Source: Candidatus Acidiferrum sp.
Lineage (GTDB): Bacteria; Acidobacteriota; Terriglobia; Acidiferrales; UBA7541
DNA: 64,000 nt
Direction: 5' to 3'
NCBI GenBank assembly: GCA_035623215.1
Contig: DASPTW010000042.1
Coordinates: 31,717 to 95,716 of the forward strand
Below the pieces are notes generated by a model. That model was not told where the DNA came from and searched no databases. It worked only from the letters and a program-made list of their open reading frames with translations. Numbering within the stretch: position 1 is the first letter of the stretch; each line of letters opens with the position of its first letter. The translations under genes were made by a program, and so were the position numbers. This document shows, piece by piece, positions 1 through 8,196 of the stretch.

Positions 1-93
1 GGCGCCATCGTGCAGGGATACGATGTGCGGCCGCCCTACGGCATCGAAGTGAAAGTCAAGGGCAATCAAATCCACGCGCTGGCGATGGAGTAA
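1..93 (+). CDS. 3' end of a CDS entering the window (…GAIVQGYDVRPPYGIEVKVKGNQIHALAME*)
   Basis: Frame 1 is open from base 1 to TAA at 91-93 with high-GC3 codon usage; function not recognised. Confidence 0.45.
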   Translation, partial: GAIVQGYDVRPPYGIEVKVKGNQIHALAME

Positions 94-189
94 GCTCCCG
101 CGTCTGTAAGCTAATGAGCGTCTGAACGTAACGGTTGTAGCTGTACGCGGAAAATCGCGCTCACCGCTCAAGCTGGCGAACCACCAAAA

Positions 190-687
190 TCACTTCATCG
201 CAGGGGCGACAGAACGGTGTTCAAAGGCGACGACTCTTTTCGCCGGGAGCCCACTCTCATCCACTTGCTCGAGAATGCGCAGGGGAATGCGCAACTCGTT
301 GCACGCGGCAACGGCAGCGTCACTGAAGTACAAGAGCGTCACAAAGGTCCCTTTCTCCTTATATTTGGCGCGGGCTATAGGACCTTGCGTATCGGAAGGA
401 TCCGTCGTGTAAATCACGATGGATGGTGCTGCGCCGCCACGGGAATGCTCTGGCGCTTTACCTGCCTTGAGCGCCTCCGCCAGGCGCGCTTGCGGTAGCG
501 AACCAGACCAAATGTCATCCAAGGTTAAGCCCACAACGGCGAACATTTTTCTTACCAACCTTTTTCTATCGTATGGGGATGGTCCAGGAAGCGGAGAAAT
601 TTCGCCCTGTGCTGTCACTGATAGATCAACACACGCCAGTCCAAGGACAATGACAGCCCATTTCTGCCCAGCTGAGCTAAGGTCCAC
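190..687 (-). CDS. hypothetical protein
   Basis: 165-aa ORF directly downstream of the peptidase on the same strand; no recognisable motif; start uncertain. Confidence 0.4.
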   Translation of the reverse strand: MDLSSAGQKWAVIVLGLACVDLSVTAQGEISPLPGPSPYDRKRLVRKMFAVVGLTLDDIWSGSLPQARLAEALKAGKAPEHSRGGAAPSIVIYTTDPSDTQGPIARAKYKEKGTFVTLLYFSDAAVAACNELRIPLRILEQVDESGLPAKRVVAFEHRSVAPAMK

Positions 688-690
688 GAT

Positions 691-2289
691 TTAGAACGGG
701 CTCGGGCGTTTCGGGCGCGTTTTGACGAGCGGTTTGCGCGGGACAAAGTCGTCGCGGTTGGCGGTTAAATACACGAACGACGCCACAATCACCGCCATCT
801 GCTTCATGTCCGGTTCCTGGATGCGTTCGTAGACGTCCATGTTCGTGTGGTGCGTGCGCGTGTCGTATTCGATGGGGTCCTGAATGAACTGGAAACCCGG
901 CAAGCCCACCGCGTCGAATGAGAGGTGATCCGTTCCGCCGGTGTCGCGGATGCTCAGCGTGGTCATTCCCATGTTGTGAAACGGCTCCATCCATTGTTGA
1001 AAGAGTGGAGCTACAGATTCGTTGCCCTGGAGATAGACGCCGCGGATTTTGCCGCTGCCGTTGTCGACGTTGTAGTAGGCGTCGAGCTTGGCCTGTTCAG
1101 GCAGCAGCTTGAGAATCTCTTTGTCCGATGCAGCAGGGTCCGGCTCCCAAGAACCGAAATGCTGCTTCACGTACGCGCGCGAACCAAGCAAGCCCTGCTC
1201 TTCTCCCGTCCACAAACCGATGCGCACAGTGCGGCGCAATTTCACGCCGGTGGCTTTGAGAATGCGCATGGCTTCCAGCATCACGCCTGAGCCCGCCCCG
1301 TTGTCCGTCGCCCCTGTTCCCGCGTGCCAGGAATCAAAGTGCCCGCCAATCATCACCACTTCATCGGCTTTCGCTTTGTCCGCGCCCGGAATCTCGCCGA
1401 TGATGTTGAAAGAATCCAAATTATCTTCATAAAACTTGCTTTGAATGTCCGCCTGCAGCACAACGGGAACCTTGCCATCCAACTTCTGCAGCATGCGTAC
1501 GATGCGTCCGTAGTTTTCGGCGGCCACGGTCGCGCGCGCTGGCGCTGGCGGGTCCTTGGGGTCGCGTCCACCACCCGATTGCACAAACACGGTGCCGTCA
1601 TCCCCATTCGAGGTCCCGATCCACGCGGCAACGCCCTCTTCCACAAGAAACTTTTGAATCTTCTGATTCAACTCTCTTTGTGCGCGGAATCGCGCGTAGC
1701 GATCTTCCGGCCGCCCCGCGGGAATCTCTTGCGTGGACTCTTCCACAAGTTCGGCGTCGGTGTAGCGATGGCCCTGCGCTTCAAACCGCGCCTTGATCTC
1801 CGGCACCTGCGCTGTGAGTACAAATTTGCCTTTCAGTTTGCCGCGATACTTCTCAATGTCCTCTTCTTTTTGAATCGGCGCATAAACTGCTTCCGCGGTG
1901 ACCACGCCGTTGGTGCCCGGCGTCCAGGCCTGCGCGTAGCCAATCAGCGGAAACGGCCGCGGCGAAATGGCTTGCAGAGAAAATCGCTCGTTCGACCAGC
2001 CCTTGCCGAACGGTCCCCACGGTTCGAGGTGCACGTTCGCGAGTTGCCACTCTTTCATTTTGCCGGTGGTCCAGTCTGCGGCCTGCTTGATGTCCGGCGA
2101 ATTGGTGAGCCGCGGACCGTACACGTCGGTTAGGTAGCTCATAATCTCCATGATTTGCGATTTGCCGAAGCCTTCCTCTTTAATCTGCTCGATCGCCTGC
2201 AAGTCCGCCGTGCTCGGCGCCTGCGCGCCCAGCGGCACTGCCGCCACCAATACAAACAAAATCACTAAAACATTCCGATACTTTCGCAC
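691..2289 (-). CDS. M28-family (M20/M25/M40-like) secreted metallopeptidase
   Basis: Signal peptide; motifs [36 protein letters not shown]; GTG start at 2289 preceded by GGAGG. Confidence 0.9.
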   Translation of the reverse strand: MRKYRNVLVILFVLVAAVPLGAQAPSTADLQAIEQIKEEGFGKSQIMEIMSYLTDVYGPRLTNSPDIKQAADWTTGKMKEWQLANVHLEPWGPFGKGWSNERFSLQAISPRPFPLIGYAQAWTPGTNGVVTAEAVYAPIQKEEDIEKYRGKLKGKFVLTAQVPEIKARFEAQGHRYTDAELVEESTQEIPAGRPEDRYARFRAQRELNQKIQKFLVEEGVAAWIGTSNGDDGTVFVQSGGGRDPKDPPAPARATVAAENYGRIVRMLQKLDGKVPVVLQADIQSKFYEDNLDSFNIIGEIPGADKAKADEVVMIGGHFDSWHAGTGATDNGAGSGVMLEAMRILKATGVKLRRTVRIGLWTGEEQGLLGSRAYVKQHFGSWEPDPAASDKEILKLLPEQAKLDAYYNVDNGSGKIRGVYLQGNESVAPLFQQWMEPFHNMGMTTLSIRDTGGTDHLSFDAVGLPGFQFIQDPIEYDTRTHHTNMDVYERIQEPDMKQMAVIVASFVYLTANRDDFVPRKPLVKTRPKRPSPF

Positions 2290-2468
2290 TCTCAGCCTCC
2301 GATTAGGTTTTGTCACTGCCCCTAGCATTGAATTGAACGGATGGAACCGGCCCACAGGATTGTAAGACTAGTCGTGAGACGGCAAAAGTCCAGAATGCGT
2401 TTCAGGTTCAATAGCCGCGAATACTTCGAAGGCTTTAGGAGATTCGGAAGGGAGTGCGGGCCAACTAC

Positions 2469-3584
2469 TTAATGGTTCCTTATGGTTCCTTGCGGCGCGC
2501 CAGTGCCAGGGGTGTTTGGACCCTTGGTGTCGCGATTGGCGCGAGCGTAATAGCCGCGGCGCGCCCGCACTTGATAGCCCTTGTGCTCGGGAACATCGAT
2601 GCGAATGCGGTGATAGCGGCCATCAAGAACGTAATTGGCGGGAGCATAGGCGATCGAATACTGGTTGCGAAGTTCGTCGCCGATATCCTGGAAAGATTGA
2701 TCGAGATCGTCGACGTGATACGGGAAAAACGAGCGGCCTCCGGTCTGGTCCGCCAAATCCTGCAAAATTTTGTCGCCATCCGTCAGATGATATTTGCGGT
2801 CGGCGGTTTTGGCGGGATTGGTTTCGGAGAGTGAAACCCATTGCGTGCTGGTGCTGATGGTGTAGATGACCACGCTGTATCGTTGCGCCATTTCGATAGC
2901 ATCCGAGCGGGTATGAACAGAGAGATTGTCTTCGCCGTCGCTGATCAGGATCATCACGCGGCGAACAACGTCGGGTTGGTCGCCGGGCGGACGCGGCGGA
3001 TGGCTCAACTGCGTCAAGCAGGCTTCGAAAATGGCGTCGTAAATCGCGGTGCCGCCGCCGGCCCGGGTGCGCGTGATCTGGTCGCGTAAAGCGCTGGTGT
3101 CGCTGGTAAAGCCCTGGATGATTTGCGGCTCATCGTCAAAGGTCATGACGAAAGCTTCGTCTTTGTTGCGCCGCAGCACGCTAAACAAAAAATTCACCGA
3201 AGCGTCTTGTTCGAATTTGATGCGGTCGCGGATGCTGTTCGAAGTATCGATCAACATGCCGATCCGCAGCGGCAAATCCGTCTGCTTGCTGAAATACCGG
3301 ATATCCTGCGGCCTGTTCTCGTCAAATATTTTGAAATCTGCTTTTTCCAGATCCGGCACCAATTTATTTCGGCGATTCAAAACGGTGAAAAGGACGTCGA
3401 CGAGATTGACTTCGCGGACGAATTTCTCTCCGCTCTGCTGTGGCTGCTCCTGGCCCGGAGTTGGATTCTGAGCGGGGGTTGGCGATTGCGGTTTGGGATC
3501 GGTTGAAGGCTGTTGCGCCCGGTCCGCGAGGGGCAATAGCAGCAGCGCCGCCATCAAGAAAATCGGAATGAGGCTCCGTCGCAT
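2469..3584 (-). CDS. VWA domain protein (acidobacterial VWFA-related type)
   Basis: Signal peptide and Pro/Gln linker; MIDAS DTSNS, GGTAIYDA, ISDGEDN, TGGR, C-terminal RARRGYYA. Confidence 0.9.
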   Translation of the reverse strand: MRRSLIPIFLMAALLLLPLADRAQQPSTDPKPQSPTPAQNPTPGQEQPQQSGEKFVREVNLVDVLFTVLNRRNKLVPDLEKADFKIFDENRPQDIRYFSKQTDLPLRIGMLIDTSNSIRDRIKFEQDASVNFLFSVLRRNKDEAFVMTFDDEPQIIQGFTSDTSALRDQITRTRAGGGTAIYDAIFEACLTQLSHPPRPPGDQPDVVRRVMILISDGEDNLSVHTRSDAIEMAQRYSVVIYTISTSTQWVSLSETNPAKTADRKYHLTDGDKILQDLADQTGGRSFFPYHVDDLDQSFQDIGDELRNQYSIAYAPANYVLDGRYHRIRIDVPEHKGYQVRARRGYYARANRDTKGPNTPGTGAPQGTIRNH

Positions 3585-3593
3585 TTCAACTGA

Positions 3594-4622
3594 TTATAGG
3601 TACGGTGCGAGCGCAGCGTCAATTCGTGGGAGCGAGTCGCCGGCGGCTTCGCAAATTCTTCGGAGGAAGTCGCGCAACTCGGCGGGGAGCGGCGCGCGAA
3701 CTTCAATCCAGGTTCCGGTGCGCGGCTGCGCGAATCCTAATTTTGCGGCGTGAAGGAAATTGCGTTCGAACGGAGGCAGCGTCACTTTCCCGATGCGCAA
3801 CTGCGCTGCTGCTCCGTACAGAGTGTCGCCCACCACCGGATGCTTCAGCGCGGAAAAGTGCACGCGTATTTGGTGCGTGCGGCCGGTGTGAAGTTGGACC
3901 TCGACCAGCGTGGTGCTGTCGATGGTTGCGAGAGCGCGCCAATCGGTGCGCGCTTCGCGAAGATTGGTGATGGCTGCGCCGCGCCAGGATTTTTTCACGG
4001 TGGCCATGCGCGTGCGGTGCACAGGATCGCGCCCAATGGCGAGCTCAATACTTCCCTTTTTCTCTTTCAGAACTCCCTGCACGAGCGCTACATAGGTTTT
4101 CTGGATGGCGCGCTGGCGAAACGCTTCGCCCAGCTTCGCGTGCGCGGCGTCGTTCTTCGCCACCAGGATCACGCCCGAGGTTTCCTTATCCAGCCGGTGC
4201 ACGATTCCAGGCCGCAGCGCGTCTCCGCCTTTCGAAAGCGCTTGCCCGCGTCCGAGCAGCGCGTTGACCAGCGTGCCCGAGACATTCCCTGCCCCCGCAT
4301 GCACGGTCATTCCGGCGGGCTTGTTGATGGCGGCGACATCTTCGTCTTCGTACAAGACTTCCAGCGGAATCGCTTCCGGCTTGGCAGACATCGCGGGGCG
4401 TTCGGTGATCTCGACTGTGATTTTTTCGCCTCCGCGAAGGTGTGCCGACCCTTTTGTTGTAGTCTTGCCGTCGATTTGAATTTGCCCTAAGTCGATCAGT
4501 TCTTGGACGCGCGTGCGGCTTAGTTCAGGACAGTGCACTGCGATGAACCGGTCCAGCCGCTCCCCGGAATCGGAAGACGCGGCTACAAATTCGCGATGAA
4601 TAGCCTTTTCGGAGGAAGGCAC
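3594..4622 (-). CDS. rluD: RluA-family pseudouridine synthase (RluD-like, N-terminal S4 domain)
   Basis: RLDRF S4 motif, NKPAG, HRLDKETSG catalytic Asp, TGRTHQIRVH, GDTLYG. Confidence 0.9.
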   Translation of the reverse strand: MPSSEKAIHREFVAASSDSGERLDRFIAVHCPELSRTRVQELIDLGQIQIDGKTTTKGSAHLRGGEKITVEITERPAMSAKPEAIPLEVLYEDEDVAAINKPAGMTVHAGAGNVSGTLVNALLGRGQALSKGGDALRPGIVHRLDKETSGVILVAKNDAAHAKLGEAFRQRAIQKTYVALVQGVLKEKKGSIELAIGRDPVHRTRMATVKKSWRGAAITNLREARTDWRALATIDSTTLVEVQLHTGRTHQIRVHFSALKHPVVGDTLYGAAAQLRIGKVTLPPFERNFLHAAKLGFAQPRTGTWIEVRAPLPAELRDFLRRICEAAGDSLPRIDAALAPYL

Positions 4623-4677
4623 GTCTCGATTATAAGCGAATCGAATTTAGCCTGAATTCCGAAGTTGAAGAGTCCAC

Positions 4678-5226
4678 TTACTTCTTGAGACGGGAAGTGC
4701 TAACCAAAGAAGAAGAAACCAGGAACTCGCCTTCCGCGGGCTCGACGGGATCTATCGTAATGGTCCAGTCGCGCTCGCTTCGTTGGAAGGCCTGAATCCG
4801 CAGATAGTAGACTCTTCCGGCTTCGACGGTAATGGTTGTGGCAGAGCCCATGCGTTCGGCTGTTTTTTTAAAAACGCCGGACTGCCATTTCGTGCACACC
4901 TGATGATCGCCAGGGTCCGCAGAGAAGAATAAGTAGGACTTCCCCTTGTTGGCGCCGATCCATGAACCATCCATGCCAACGCGCATGGTGGGCCCGCCCG
5001 CAATGTCCTCGATCACGTAGACTAGCGCTTTGCCCGCCTCTGGCTGCGCCGCCGGCCCATTTTTCTTGGCGCCAGTTACGTCAAATTGCGCCTGATTTGC
5101 GCCGCAGCCGCCGTTTCCGGAGGGAGTGGCGGGAGGTTCCTGAGCGAAAAGAGGAAACGCAAAAAGGAAGAAAAGGAAGAAAATGAGACCTGCTGAGTAC
5201 TTTTTCTTCATACTCATTGGACGCAC
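4678..5226 (-). CDS. secreted DUF2846-like protein
   Basis: Signal peptide; GKALVYV…GKSY…PGDHQV…EAGRVYYLR pattern. Confidence 0.6.
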   Translation of the reverse strand: MRPMSMKKKYSAGLIFFLFFLFAFPLFAQEPPATPSGNGGCGANQAQFDVTGAKKNGPAAQPEAGKALVYVIEDIAGGPTMRVGMDGSWIGANKGKSYLFFSADPGDHQVCTKWQSGVFKKTAERMGSATTITVEAGRVYYLRIQAFQRSERDWTITIDPVEPAEGEFLVSSSLVSTSRLKK

Positions 5227-5311
5227 TGCAGTGCGGCCTAGTTTCTCCAGGTACTTTCGAGGCTAACAGAGAGAAATTGTAACCTGCCCCAATTGCCATT
5301 GATGACGCCAG

Positions 5312-6040
5312 CTAATTCGCGCGGATCTGATAATCCTCGACCTGCCACTTTTTCAAAAACCGGCGCGCCTTATTGGCGGTCGCGTAACGCGGGTTCTTCA
5401 ACTGGCGGCGGACAAAGAGCTGCACGTCGTGCTGCTCTTGGATGGCCGGGAAGAATTCGCCGAGGGCCAAGATGGCGTGGCCGATCACTACGTTGCGGCA
5501 CTCCGCCTTGGCGTAGCGAGCGCGCTCGACGCCAAGAATGCTCTTGGCAATGCGGTCGGCAAGGTAGGGTTTCGCGCGAGCGATGGCGGCAGCGCCCTGC
5601 ATGGTGTTGGCGGCATCGATCAAGTTGGGGCCAGGGATGGGAGCAAGGTAATCGTCGAGAATCCCATCAATTTTGTTTTCACGGTCGGCCGGAGCCAGAT
5701 TGCCAACCGTCACCATAGCGTTCCAGCGGAGGATACTGTTGTCATCGCGGAGCGTGCGCACCAGAATGTCGAAATGAGGATAGAGCGCTTCAGGGGATCT
5801 CTCACTCAGGATGCGTAGAAGTTTGGCGGCAGCAAAGCGCGTGCACGGGTTAACCGAACCAAGCGCGTCAATCGCGCCGAGCAGCAATTCCGGATCGCCT
5901 TCGGCCTTCTTTGCCAAATCGATTAGGTCGGGCGAGCGCTCGCTCAAGGCCTTGGCCATCAAGGAGGAATCAGCAACTTCGACTAGAGCTGGCATAGAAC
6001 ACCTCTGTTGCCAGTATCGCCCGCGGGGCACGAGGGTCAA
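5312..6040 (-). CDS. hypothetical HEAT/ARM-repeat-like protein
   Basis: Helical repeat pattern (TRFAAAKLL, ILRWNAMVTVGNLA); start uncertain. Confidence 0.6.
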   Translation of the reverse strand: MTLVPRGRYWQQRCSMPALVEVADSSLMAKALSERSPDLIDLAKKAEGDPELLLGAIDALGSVNPCTRFAAAKLLRILSERSPEALYPHFDILVRTLRDDNSILRWNAMVTVGNLAPADRENKIDGILDDYLAPIPGPNLIDAANTMQGAAAIARAKPYLADRIAKSILGVERARYAKAECRNVVIGHAILALGEFFPAIQEQHDVQLFVRRQLKNPRYATANKARRFLKKWQVEDYQIRAN

Positions 6041-6111
6041 GGATGGGCATCACACGAAGGCCGTTTAAATGAACAAGAATCGTGTGCTCTGCAAGTTGGA
6101 GGAGCAACGGT

Positions 6112-7587
6112 CTATATGAGCTTGCCGGTGGAGGAAAGCTTTGCGTACCAGTAGCCCGAATCCTTGATGGTCCGCTTTTGCGTTTGAAAATCAACATATG
6201 CCAGGCCAAAACGCTGAGTGAAACCTTCAGCCCACTCGAAATTGTCCATCGAGCTCCAGTAGTGATAGGTGCGGACGTCGGCGCCGTCTTTGATGGCCCG
6301 TCCCAACGCGTGCAAATAGCCGCGCGTGAAATCGATGCGCCGCTGGTCGGCCACGCGGCCATGTTCGTCAGGCCCATCTTTATACGAACAGCCGTTTTCT
6401 GTAATTTCCATCGGCGTGCCTTTGTATTCGCGAGCGATGCGCATCACCATCTCGTAAAAACCATCGGGCCAGACTTCCCACGGATAGTCGGTGAGCGGGC
6501 CCTCCTGCGCGTCAAAGTAATGCACGCCCGTCGCGGAATCGCCCGCGCCGGGAGGAATGGCCGAGATAAGCTGGCGGCGGTAATAGTTGATGCCCAGAAA
6601 ATCCAGCGGCGCGCGGCACAATTCCAAGTCGCCGGGCTTCACGCCCATCAGTTCCAGCGGAGTCGGACCTGGAAACGCAACGGGGTATTCGCCTCTCAGG
6701 GCGGGATGAACGAACCACACATTGGCAAGCGCGTGCGCGCGGTCGGCTGCTTTGCGGTCTTCTTCCGATGAAGTAGCGGGCTGGCAGTGATACATGCTGA
6801 ACGCCGTGCCCACTTGAAACTTGGAATTGACGGCTTTCATCGCTCGGAACGCCTGGCCTTGCGCGAGATTTACGACGTGCGTGGCGCGCATGCAGTCGAG
6901 AAAATTCTTTCGCCCGGGAGCGTGCGTGCCATAGGCGTAGCCCAGAAAGGTGAAAACCCAAGGCTCGTTGAAAATGCACCAATGAATGATGTGGTCGCCC
7001 AGGGCGCGTGTCACGATTTCTGCGTAGTCGGCAAAACGTCCGGCAAGATCCCGGTTGGGCCAGCCACCCGCATCTTCTAATTTCTGCGGCAGGTCCCAAT
7101 GATAAAGCGTGCAAAGCGGGCGAATTTTTGCTTCATGCAAGGCGTCGGCGAGGCGCTTGTAATAGTCCAGCCCTTTCTGATTGGGCGCGCCTGCACCGTT
7201 GGGCTGAATGCGCGGCCAGGAAACCGAAAGGCGGTAGCTCTTGAGCTTCAGTTTTTTCAGCAGCTCTAGATCTTCTTTGTAGCGATGATACGAGTCGCAA
7301 GCCACATCGCCTGTAGTGCCACCTTTGACGTTGCCCGGCGTGTGCACGAAGCGATCCCAGATCGATTCGCCCTTGCCGTCCTCGTTCCAGGCGCCTTCGA
7401 TTTGATACGCCGCGGTGGCGGCTCCAAAGAGAAATTGCGGGGAAAATTGAAATGGTGCGTCGTGCCGCTGCGGCGAGGATTGTTCCGAAGAGAGAATGCT
7501 GCCAGGCGGCAAAATGTAGAACGAGGCTGCCGCGCCCAGCGCACTGGTCAGGAATTCGCGGCGGTTGAAGTTTTTCCATTGGCTCAT
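6112..7587 (-). CDS. GH1 beta-glucosidase with Tat signal peptide
   Basis: ATAAYQIEG, LYHWDLP, NEP acid/base, ITENG nucleophile, DNFEWAEG; N-terminal NRREFL. Confidence 0.95.
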   Translation of the reverse strand: MSQWKNFNRREFLTSALGAAASFYILPPGSILSSEQSSPQRHDAPFQFSPQFLFGAATAAYQIEGAWNEDGKGESIWDRFVHTPGNVKGGTTGDVACDSYHRYKEDLELLKKLKLKSYRLSVSWPRIQPNGAGAPNQKGLDYYKRLADALHEAKIRPLCTLYHWDLPQKLEDAGGWPNRDLAGRFADYAEIVTRALGDHIIHWCIFNEPWVFTFLGYAYGTHAPGRKNFLDCMRATHVVNLAQGQAFRAMKAVNSKFQVGTAFSMYHCQPATSSEEDRKAADRAHALANVWFVHPALRGEYPVAFPGPTPLELMGVKPGDLELCRAPLDFLGINYYRRQLISAIPPGAGDSATGVHYFDAQEGPLTDYPWEVWPDGFYEMVMRIAREYKGTPMEITENGCSYKDGPDEHGRVADQRRIDFTRGYLHALGRAIKDGADVRTYHYWSSMDNFEWAEGFTQRFGLAYVDFQTQKRTIKDSGYWYAKLSSTGKLI

Positions 7588-7611
7588 CGACGAACTCCTC
7601 CGTGGTGACGC

Positions 7612-8112
7612 TCAATTTTTCGACGGAGACGTTGCGTGCCTGGAGCCGAATAATAAATCAAGAATGATTAAGACGGCGCCGATCGTGATTGCGGAGTCCG
7701 CAACATTAAATGCCGGATAGTGATAGCTGCCAAGCCACACTTCAAAAAAGTCCGTCACCGCCCCTTGATAAATCCGGTCCGTCACGTTTCCTGCAGCTCC
7801 CCCAAGCAAAAGGGCCAAGCCTGAAGCGGCTAGCACGCTGGTTTTTCCGGCAACAAGCAACCACGCGAGCACTCCAATGACAATCACGGAACCGGCAATG
7901 AGAATGACGCGCATCGCTGTCGAAGAGGAGTCCGACAGCACACCAAAAGCGATTCCAGGATTGCGGCTGTGCACCAGATAGATAAAGTTGTGGATCAACT
8001 CGTGGCGCCAGCCCTCCGTGGTCCGCGCTTCAAACCAGGCTTTCGTGGCACGGTCAAGTATGACGATTGTCAGAGTGAGCCACAGCCAGCGGAGGCGAGG
8101 AGGGAGATTCAT
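7612..8112 (-). CDS. lspA: lipoprotein signal peptidase II
   Basis: NPGIAFG, GNVTDR, VTDF, FNVADSAI; directly downstream of ileS. Confidence 0.95.
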   Translation of the reverse strand: MNLPPRLRWLWLTLTIVILDRATKAWFEARTTEGWRHELIHNFIYLVHSRNPGIAFGVLSDSSSTAMRVILIAGSVIVIGVLAWLLVAGKTSVLAASGLALLLGGAAGNVTDRIYQGAVTDFFEVWLGSYHYPAFNVADSAITIGAVLIILDLLFGSRHATSPSKN

Positions 8113-8154
8113 GAGCTAAAGGAACTAGAGGAGAAGAGTCTCTCTTCGCGTTTT

Positions 8155-8184
8155 CTCGCCACTCGCCACTCGCCACTCGCCACT
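8155..8184. repeat. heptamer tandem repeat (CTCGCCA)x4
   Basis: Four perfect units plus CT in the ileS-lspA spacer. Confidence 0.9.
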
Positions 8185-8196
8185 CTCTTCATCGGC

